Assembly (NCBI GenBank): GCA_017531985.1
Contig: JAFXJY010000019.1
Coordinates: 1,009 to 65,008, forward strand
Length of the DNA stretch: 64,000 bases
Direction of reading: 5' to 3'
From: Bacteroidaceae bacterium
GTDB taxonomy: Bacteria > Bacteroidota > Bacteroidia > Bacteroidales > Barnesiellaceae_A
Positions within the stretch are counted from its first letter, which is position 1. Every line of letters begins with the position of its first letter. Positions 56,170-64,000 of this stretch are shown piece by piece. Made by a program: the position numbers and the translations under genes. The notes beneath the pieces are model-generated. The model worked only from the letters and a program-made list of their open reading frames with translations, was not told the DNA's origin and searched no databases.

Positions 56170-59100
56170 ATGAAGATAGTAGAGAGACTTATCATTATAT
56201 TGGTCATAATGTGGGGTTGTGTAGGAGTGTTCCAACCCTCACAAGCACAAACATCGGCAACACAGTCGGCAGCTGCCGATAGTGTTGTGCGTTTTCCCGT
56301 TACCAAGACTGCACCGGCGGGCTATGAAGATATTGGCGAAGAAGGAGCTGTCGACTTGCGTACACCATCGAATGTCAAGACGGTCGTAGAGTATGACCCC
56401 GAGACCGGTTGTTATGTCGTACGCACGCGTGTGGGCGAGACCGATATTGCCACTCCTTTTATGCTGACTGCCGATGAATACAATGACTACACGTTTCGCA
56501 AGTCAATGGAAGCTTATTACAGGGAGAAGAATGCATTCGACCCGGAGGCTGCCGAGAATGACAAGTTTGACTTCCTGAACATGAATTTCAGTCTGGGTCC
56601 GTTGGAGAAGATATTCGGTCCCGGAGGTGTTCAATTAAAGACACAAGGAAGTGTCGAACTAAACATGGGTGTGAAATACAACAAAATAGACAACCCAGCC
56701 TTGTCGTTGGAGGCACGTTCAAAGACTTATTTCGACTTCGACACCAAGATACAAGCCACTGTCAATGCTAAGGTGGGTAACAAATTGGGATTCAACTTAA
56801 ATTATAATACCGATGCCACCTTTGCATTCGATTCGCAGAACTTAAAGTTGCAATTTCAAGGCGAGGAAGATGATATAATCAAGAATATCGAGGCCGGTAA
56901 TGTATCGATGACTACCGGCTCGTCACTGATACGCGGTAGCACATCGCTATTCGGATTCAAGACGACGTTGCAATTTGGCAAGCTCACAGCGACTGCACTC
57001 GTTTCACAACAACAATCGGAGAGTAAGACTGTAAGCACCAGCGGAGGTGTTCAGACAACACCCTTCGAGTTTAATGCCGACCAATATGATGAAAACAGGC
57101 ACTTTTTTCTTGCTCATTATTTTCGCGACAACTACGATGAATTTGCATCAAAACTTCCCTATGTACAATCGGGTATCACCATCAACCGTATAGAAGTGTG
57201 GGTAACCAACAAGCAGGGCAACTATGACCAGTCGCGTAATATTGTGGGATTCATGGACTTGGGCGAGAGTGAACACATACACAACAGCCACTGGCGAGGT
57301 TCAGGCAATCCATTACCCTCCAATAGTGCCAACACATTGCTGAATGAGATAAAGACCCAATATCCCGATGCACGCAACATCAATAGTGTATCGCAGGCGT
57401 TGGAAGGGTTGTCGGTGTACGGATTTGAAGGAGGACAAGATTACGTCAAGATAGAGAGTGCCCGTAAGCTCAACAACAATGAATATACGTTGAACAGTAC
57501 ACTGGGATATATTTCGCTGAAAGTGGCACTCAACTCCGACGAAATGGTGGCTGTGGCATACGAGTACACCTATGGTGGTCAGGTATATCAAGTGGGTGAA
57601 TTTGCATCGGATATCACATCGACCGACCAAAGTTTGTATCTGAAATTGCTGAAAGGTGTTACCGTATCACCACATCTGCCCATATGGGACTTGATGATGA
57701 AAAACGTATATTCACTCAATGCCTATCAATTGAAGAGAGATCATTTCCGCCTTGACATAAAATATCTGAGCGACACAACAGGCGTGCTTCTCAACTATAT
57801 CCCTGCGGGTAACATAGCCGATAAGACCTTGTTGCAAGCCATGAATCTTGACCGCCTCGATGCCAATCAAGAGAGCCATCCCGATGGATTCTATGACTAT
57901 ATTGAGGGATACACCGTACAGTCGAGCAATGGTCGCATTATATTTCCGGTAGCCGAGCCATTCGGTAGTCACTTGGCTCGTGCAATAGGTGATGAAGAGA
58001 TAGCCCGCAAGTATGTTTTCCACGAATTGTACGACTCTACTCTGACAGTAGCACAGCAAGTATCGGACAAGAATAAATTTGTTATTACGGGCGAATATCA
58101 AGCCTCATCGGGTTCCGAAATAAGTCTTGGAGCCATGAATGTGCCACGCGGGTCGGTAGTCGTTACCGCCGGTGGTGTGACATTGGTGGAGAACAGCGAT
58201 TATACGGTCGACTATACAATGGGTACGGTTACCATCCTTAACCAGAGCATAATCGATGCCGGTACTCCCATCAACGTATCGTTGGAAAATCAGTCGATGT
58301 TCAACATGCAACGCAAGACAATGGTGGGACTTGATTTAACTTATGCCTTCAACAAGAACTTCAAGATAGGTGGTACCATCATGCACTTATCGGAGAAGCC
58401 CATCACCAATAAAGTTAATACCGGCGATGAGTTGCTCAACAACACGTTGTGGGGTGTCAATCTCTCCTACAACACCCAGTTTAACTGGCTTACCAACTGG
58501 CTCAATGCCATCCCAACGGTCAATGCCACAGCCCCATCGACCCTGTCGGTAACGGGCGAATTTGCACAATTAGTAACACATCAAGCACCCCAAGGCAGTC
58601 AAAACGGCATGTCATACCTCGACGACTTTGAGGCAACACAGACAGGACTTGACTTGCGATCGCCTTACGCATGGAGCTTATCCTCTACCCCATCGATGTT
58701 TGCCGAGTCGCAACTCAACGACAACACCGATTATGGTCGAAATAGAGCATTGTTGGCATGGTATTACATAGACCGCATGTTTACCGACAAAAACACTTCG
58801 TTGGCACCCTCATATATCAAGAACGACCACGACCAGTTGTCGAATCCTTATGTTCGTGAAGTAAGCGTGCATGAGATGTTCCCCAATAAAGAATTGTCGT
58901 ACGGTGAAAGTACAACGATACAGACTCTCAATCTTTCGTTCTATCCCGAAGAAAGAGGTCCGTACAACTTGGATGCCACACAAATAGATAGCGATGGAAA
59001 TTTGCTCAACCCCGAACAACGTTGGGGAGGTATCATGCGTAAGATGGATAATACCGACTTTGAAACGGGAAATATTGAGACAATACGATTCTGGATGATG

Positions 59101-62100
59101 GATCCGTTCCTCGATCCCGAAAATCCTAACTACGAAGGCGGTGACCTGTATATCAACTTAGGAGAAATATCGGAAGATATTCTTAAAGACGGTATGAAAT
59201 CGTTTGAGAACGGTATGCCCATCGATGGTGACAGCACTCACATAGAGACCACCAACTGGGGAAAAGTATCACGCAACCAGTCGCTGACATACGCATTTGA
59301 CAACACTGCCGGAGCTCGTAAGAAACAAGATGTGGGTTTCGATGGACTTGGTAACGACGAAGAGTACAGTTTTGCCTCGTACAAAGAATATCTCACCAAG
59401 TTGGATACTCGCTTGTCGCCCGAGGCACAGTCCCGCATGCGTAATGACCAGTTTTCGCCCTATAATGACCCTGCCGGCGACAATTATCACTTCTATCGTG
59501 GAGTCGACTACGACAATGAACAATTGTCGGTATTGCAACGATACAAGCGATATAATGGAGTGGAAGGCAACTCGGCATCGGACGAAGATGTGGACGACCC
59601 CTACTACCAGTCGTCACGCAGTGTTCCCGATGTTGAGGACATCAACCAGGACAACACACTCAACGAATATGAAAGATATTTCCAATATCGCATATCGATA
59701 CGCCCCGAAGACTTGGTTGTGGGACGCAATTATATTACCGACTCGACCTCAACCGAAGTAACGCTTCGCAATGGACAGAAGGGACGTGCTGTGTGGTATC
59801 AATTTAAAGTACCGGTAACCGAGTTTGAGAGTAAGGTAGGCTCCATCAACGACTTCAAGACTATACGCTTCATGCGAATGTTCATGACGGGCTTTAAGAA
59901 ACCTACACACTTGCGTTTTGCCACCTTCGAGTTGGTGCGAGGTGAATGGCGTACCTACCAATATGGCCTGAACAATCGTGGCGATGCTCCTGCACAAGGA
60001 AGCATTGACATGAGTGTTGTCAATATTGAAGAGAATGCAGGTCAACGACCGGTCAACTATGTATTGCCTCCGGGTGTGACTCGTATCGTAGACCCCAGTC
60101 AATCGCAAGCCACTCAACTCAATGAGCAGGCTCTATCGCTGAAAGTTACCGACTTAGAGTCGGGCGATGCTCGAGCTGTGTATAAGAACATTAATATGGA
60201 CTTGCGTTACTACAAACGCTTGCAGATGTTTGTACATGCCGAACGATTGATTGACGACTATACCAACCTGCAAGATGGAGACCTTTCGATATTTATACGC
60301 TTAGGTAGCGACAGCCGTTCGAACTACTATGAGTATGAAATACCCTTAAAGCTCACTCCCGAAGGTCATTACAGCACCTACAATGCAAGCGACCAATATG
60401 AGGTGTGGCCTATTGAGAATATGTTTGACTTTGCATTAGAACGCTTGCCCGAATTAAAGACTCAACGCAATCGTGACAAGCACACTGACAATGCCAATGT
60501 CTCCTTTGCCGAACGTTACTCCATCTACGACCCCGATAATGTGCGAAACAAGATGACCGTTGTCGGTAACCCGTCGTTGTCGAATATACGCACCATGCTC
60601 ATAGGTGTACGCAACAACTCGGGTAGTATCAAGAACGGAACAGTGTGGGTCAATGAATTGCGACTGACCGACTTCGATCAAGAAGGCGGATGGGCAGCCA
60701 AGGGAAATGTCAACTTGGGCATATCGGACATAGCCACCGTAAACGTGGGCGGTCACATAGAGACTTCGGGCTTTGGCTCTATCGATCAGAGCCTTACCCA
60801 ACGTCGCATGGATGATTATTACCAATATAATGTGGCTACACAAGTTGACCTCGGACGTTTCTTGCCTGAGAAAGCACAAGTTTCGGCACCGCTTTACTAC
60901 TCCTACTCCGAGCAAGTTACTTCACCTCAATACAACCCGGTCGATGAGGACGTTAAGTTGTCGGATGCATTGGATGCCGCAGAGACAAGACATGAAAAGG
61001 ATTCGATATCGAGCCTCGCTGTCGAACGCAAGCAAGTGGAAAGCCTGAGCATTACCGGTGTGAAGGTCAACGTTAAGAGTAAAAATCCGATGCCCTACGA
61101 CCCTGCCAACTTCACACTTGGTTATTCATACAATAGACAGAGTAACCAAGACCCTACCACCATGTATGAGAATACATACGACCATCGAGGCAATCTCACA
61201 TACTCCTACACACCCTACGTCAAGCCCTTTAAACCCTTTGCCGGAATAAAGAGCAAGTCGAAGAATGCCAAGTTCTTGCAGGAGTGGGAGTTGAATTACT
61301 TACCTACCAATATTACATTTAATACCAATATCTCACGATATTACTACGAACAACAAGTGCGTGACCTGAACGCTATCGTATCGGGAGTAAAGGGTATTGA
61401 ATTGCCGGTGTCGGTAAGTAAAAACTTCTTATGGGATCGTCAGTTCTCACTACAATGGAACTTGACCAAGTCGTTAAACTTCTCGTTGCAGACGATGACC
61501 AACGCTCGCATCGAAGAGACTGCCGGAGCTGTAAACCGCGACCTCTTCCCCGACGAGTATCGCCAATGGCAAGACTCGGTGTGGAGCAGTGTCAAAGGAT
61601 TGGGTTCACCTTGGGAGTATAATCAGACTTTCAATGCCTCATGGACAGCTCCGTTCAACAAAATACCTGCTATCGACTTCCTGACATTCTCGGTAAAGTA
61701 CAATGCCACATACAACTGGGAGAAAGGTGCCGAAATAGAGGGCGTAGACATGGGTAACACCGTCTCCAATCAGTCGCAATGGAACTACGATGGTCGTATA
61801 AACTTTGAGCAATTATACAACAAAGTGCCCTATTTGCAGAAAGTGAACAAACGCTTTGCCGGCAGTAAAAGCAACAGTAGTAGAGCCAATAATCGTGCAT
61901 CGAAACAAAAGAATAGATTTGAACGTACCATCACTCTCAAAGATGACACTACCGTAATGGTACGACATAACTTAAAAAACAAGAAAGTAAAAGTATCGGC
62001 AACAACACTCAAAGGAGATGCCTTTGCCATAGAGAGTCGCGTAATCGACGAAAACAATGTAGAGATTCTCACTCGGGGTCGACGCCAAGTAAAAGTAAGG

Positions 62101-63564
62101 GTTGTAATTCCTGAGGAAGAAAAAAGTTTTTGGAGTGAGGCGGCACAATATTCGACCCGCTTCTTGATGATGGTGCGTAACGTGAGTGCCCGCTATCGCG
62201 AAGTCAACTCTATGACACTCCCATTGTTCCGTCCCGGCATAGGTGATGGTTTCGGTCAGACACAGGCATACGGACCTATGGCACCGGGTCTCGACTTCGC
62301 TTTCGGATTTACCGATGAAAGTTATGTGGAACGAGCCATCGATAACAATTGGCTCATACGCGATGAGTTGCAGATAAATCCGGCAGTGACAGGCTTCACC
62401 CGAGAATTTAATTTTGATGTCGACATAGAACCTATCACAGGACTGAAAATAAAAGTATCGGGCAACTGGAACAAGAGTGACAACAGTCAGATACAATTCA
62501 TGTTTGATGGTAGCCCCACCATTTACGGCGGAAGCTATACCAAGACACATATAGCCATTCTGACGGCATTGCGACCCTCATCGGTCGACAATGGATATCA
62601 GTCGGCGGCCTTCGACCGTTTCTTGCAGAACCGCGAAATTATAGCCGCTCGATACGAACAGAAATATGCCGGCAGTAACTATCCGTCCAATGGTTTTATG
62701 CAAGGTCATCCCCTTGCCGGTCAGCCCTACAATCGTAACAACGGGGGTGTAAACACCGCATCGCCCGATGTCATGATACCGGCTTTCCTTGCGGCTTACT
62801 CGGGTATCAGTGCCGATAATGTGGCACTCACAGCCTTTCCTGCATTGTCGAGCATCTTGCCCAACTGGCGTATTACCTACGACGGACTGATGAAGATACC
62901 TGCCATCAAAGAGCATTTCAAGAGTTTCACTCTCAACCATGCCTACAATTGCACCTACTCGGTAGGCTCATATTCATCGTTCCTCAACTGGATAGGAACC
63001 GGTAACGAGTTTATGGGCTTTACGATGGACGAATTATCGGGCAATCCTGTTCCATCGTCACCCTACGACATCTCATCGGTTACGATAAGTGAACGTTTTG
63101 CTCCGTTTATAGGAGTGAATGCCACAATGAAGAACAATATAACGTTCCGAGCTGAATATAACGACTCGCGTGTACTCACGCTCAACTCTTCGGCAGGACA
63201 GATTGTGGAAGCAACTACTACCGATATTACAGTGGGAGCAAGTTACAAAATAGCCAACTTCAACAAAATACTGAAAATAGGCAGTAAGCAGACAGGTGTA
63301 AACAACGATCTGACGCTCAATGGTGACTTCTCGTGGCGTAATACCATCTCACTGATACGCCGCATCGACGAGAATTATACACAAGCCACTACCGGAACTC
63401 GCACGTTGGCAGTAAAAGCTACCGCCAACTATGTACTGAGCAAGCGTATCACACTGGGAGTCTACTTCGATCACCAAGTGAACACTCCGCTTGTGTCGTC
63501 GTCGGCCTATCCGGTGACCAACAGTAACTATGGTATATCCATTCAACTATCACTCGTCAAGTAA
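56170..63564 (+). CDS. sprA: type IX secretion system translocon / cell-surface protein SprA (Sov)
   Basis: A single 2464-aa ORF with a signal peptide and beta-rich composition. The size, the ruvA-adjacent position and the N-terminal region (..VRFPV..DLRTPSN..EYDPETG.Y..) fit SprA/Sov as I recall it. Confidence 0.85.
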   Translation: MKIVERLIIILVIMWGCVGVFQPSQAQTSATQSAAADSVVRFPVTKTAPAGYEDIGEEGAVDLRTPSNVKTVVEYDPETGCYVVRTRVGETDIATPFMLTADEYNDYTFRKSMEAYYREKNAFDPEAAENDKFDFLNMNFSLGPLEKIFGPGGVQLKTQGSVELNMGVKYNKIDNPALSLEARSKTYFDFDTKIQATVNAKVGNKLGFNLNYNTDATFAFDSQNLKLQFQGEEDDIIKNIEAGNVSMTTGSSLIRGSTSLFGFKTTLQFGKLTATALVSQQQSESKTVSTSGGVQTTPFEFNADQYDENRHFFLAHYFRDNYDEFASKLPYVQSGITINRIEVWVTNKQGNYDQSRNIVGFMDLGESEHIHNSHWRGSGNPLPSNSANTLLNEIKTQYPDARNINSVSQALEGLSVYGFEGGQDYVKIESARKLNNNEYTLNSTLGYISLKVALNSDEMVAVAYEYTYGGQVYQVGEFASDITSTDQSLYLKLLKGVTVSPHLPIWDLMMKNVYSLNAYQLKRDHFRLDIKYLSDTTGVLLNYIPAGNIADKTLLQAMNLDRLDANQESHPDGFYDYIEGYTVQSSNGRIIFPVAEPFGSHLARAIGDEEIARKYVFHELYDSTLTVAQQVSDKNKFVITGEYQASSGSEISLGAMNVPRGSVVVTAGGVTLVENSDYTVDYTMGTVTILNQSIIDAGTPINVSLENQSMFNMQRKTMVGLDLTYAFNKNFKIGGTIMHLSEKPITNKVNTGDELLNNTLWGVNLSYNTQFNWLTNWLNAIPTVNATAPSTLSVTGEFAQLVTHQAPQGSQNGMSYLDDFEATQTGLDLRSPYAWSLSSTPSMFAESQLNDNTDYGRNRALLAWYYIDRMFTDKNTSLAPSYIKNDHDQLSNPYVREVSVHEMFPNKELSYGESTTIQTLNLSFYPEERGPYNLDATQIDSDGNLLNPEQRWGGIMRKMDNTDFETGNIETIRFWMMDPFLDPENPNYEGGDLYINLGEISEDILKDGMKSFENGMPIDGDSTHIETTNWGKVSRNQSLTYAFDNTAGARKKQDVGFDGLGNDEEYSFASYKEYLTKLDTRLSPEAQSRMRNDQFSPYNDPAGDNYHFYRGVDYDNEQLSVLQRYKRYNGVEGNSASDEDVDDPYYQSSRSVPDVEDINQDNTLNEYERYFQYRISIRPEDLVVGRNYITDSTSTEVTLRNGQKGRAVWYQFKVPVTEFESKVGSINDFKTIRFMRMFMTGFKKPTHLRFATFELVRGEWRTYQYGLNNRGDAPAQGSIDMSVVNIEENAGQRPVNYVLPPGVTRIVDPSQSQATQLNEQALSLKVTDLESGDARAVYKNINMDLRYYKRLQMFVHAERLIDDYTNLQDGDLSIFIRLGSDSRSNYYEYEIPLKLTPEGHYSTYNASDQYEVWPIENMFDFALERLPELKTQRNRDKHTDNANVSFAERYSIYDPDNVRNKMTVVGNPSLSNIRTMLIGVRNNSGSIKNGTVWVNELRLTDFDQEGGWAAKGNVNLGISDIATVNVGGHIETSGFGSIDQSLTQRRMDDYYQYNVATQVDLGRFLPEKAQVSAPLYYSYSEQVTSPQYNPVDEDVKLSDALDAAETRHEKDSISSLAVERKQVESLSITGVKVNVKSKNPMPYDPANFTLGYSYNRQSNQDPTTMYENTYDHRGNLTYSYTPYVKPFKPFAGIKSKSKNAKFLQEWELNYLPTNITFNTNISRYYYEQQVRDLNAIVSGVKGIELPVSVSKNFLWDRQFSLQWNLTKSLNFSLQTMTNARIEETAGAVNRDLFPDEYRQWQDSVWSSVKGLGSPWEYNQTFNASWTAPFNKIPAIDFLTFSVKYNATYNWEKGAEIEGVDMGNTVSNQSQWNYDGRINFEQLYNKVPYLQKVNKRFAGSKSNSSRANNRASKQKNRFERTITLKDDTTVMVRHNLKNKKVKVSATTLKGDAFAIESRVIDENNVEILTRGRRQVKVRVVIPEEEKSFWSEAAQYSTRFLMMVRNVSARYREVNSMTLPLFRPGIGDGFGQTQAYGPMAPGLDFAFGFTDESYVERAIDNNWLIRDELQINPAVTGFTREFNFDVDIEPITGLKIKVSGNWNKSDNSQIQFMFDGSPTIYGGSYTKTHIAILTALRPSSVDNGYQSAAFDRFLQNREIIAARYEQKYAGSNYPSNGFMQGHPLAGQPYNRNNGGVNTASPDVMIPAFLAAYSGISADNVALTAFPALSSILPNWRITYDGLMKIPAIKEHFKSFTLNHAYNCTYSVGSYSSFLNWIGTGNEFMGFTMDELSGNPVPSSPYDISSVTISERFAPFIGVNATMKNNITFRAEYNDSRVLTLNSSAGQIVEATTTDITVGASYKIANFNKILKIGSKQTGVNNDLTLNGDFSWRNTISLIRRIDENYTQATTGTRTLAVKATANYVLSKRITLGVYFDHQVNTPLVSSSAYPVTNSNYGISIQLSLVK

Positions 63565-63572
63565 CCAAGAGC

Positions 63573-64000
63573 ATGCGACAAGAATTGTTACGCCCCGAAA
63601 TAACTCCTATGCTACGCAATGAGAACAGCCTCGACATAGTGCGTTATTACCTCTCGTTTGCCGTACTCTTTGCACACTTTGCCGAGTTGACCGGCTCGAC
63701 CAACTACTTCCCTACATCGAGTTACTCGGCTGTGGGAGCATTCTTCATATTGAGCGGATTTCTTGTCTTTTACAGCTACATACGCTGCCAGTCGCCGGGC
63801 GAATATTTCATGCGTCGAGCTCGTCGCATCCTGCCACCATATATGGCTATTGTTGTGCTGTGTTGCATAATGGGTGCATTTATTACCCGTCTGCCATTAG
63901 GCGAATATTTCACAGCGTCACAACTGTGGCAATACTTGGCAGCCAATCTCACCTTTGCCAATTTTCTTCAACCCTCGCTTCCCGGAGTTTTTGAGGGTCA
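63573..64000 (+). CDS. acyltransferase family 3 membrane protein (N-terminal part; continues beyond the right edge)
   Basis: My own translation gives MRQELLRPEITPMLRNENSLDIVRYYLSFAVLFAHF..FFILSGFLVF..RRARRILPPY, which are acyltransferase_3 N-terminal motifs. Confidence 0.7.
   Translation, partial: MRQELLRPEITPMLRNENSLDIVRYYLSFAVLFAHFAELTGSTNYFPTSSYSAVGAFFILSGFLVFYSYIRCQSPGEYFMRRARRILPPYMAIVVLCCIMGAFITRLPLGEYFTASQLWQYLAANLTFANFLQPSLPGVFEG

Overview
This window reads as a chromosomal segment of a Bacteroidales-type (Bacteroidota) genome. The evidence is TAnnTTTG -7 promoter boxes, type IX secretion genes (sprA, a porQ-like gene), an RprX/RprY-like two-component pair, and DUF4924/DUF4250 families. 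I support about 54 protein-coding genes and 2 tRNAs (Gly-CCC, Ser-CGA). I saw no rRNA, CRISPR array, transposase, integrase or phage structural gene. Most of the content is housekeeping: prfC, folC, cmk, ispH, thiL, rarA, dxr, rseP, rsmI, folP, cdaA, ruvA, and a 2464-aa SprA translocon. All product calls come from reading the translations and recalling family motifs; no search was run. Six things deserve a second look. (1) A stand-alone TIR / coiled-coil / DUF1566-like gene (32417-33544) sits next to a ~950-bp non-coding tract made of 160-bp direct repeats and nested palindromes (31467-32416). (2) A tight iorA-iorB-aminotransferase-CoA-transferase operon lies at 4174-8978. (3) An A+T-rich, atypical Ser/Thr-kinase-like gene carries a catalytic-loop variant, an insertion and a coiled-coil tail (21756-23072). 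(4) A ~140-200-bp element with terminal inverted repeats is present twice (11619-11757, 26995-27191). (5) A ~30-nt intergenic motif (GGGAAyTTCTATAAATTCCACAGAT) recurs at least 5-7 times. (6) An orphan hydrogenase-maturation-protease homologue has no hydrogenase nearby. I cannot show that any of these is a new system. The TIR gene plus its repeat tract is my best candidate.
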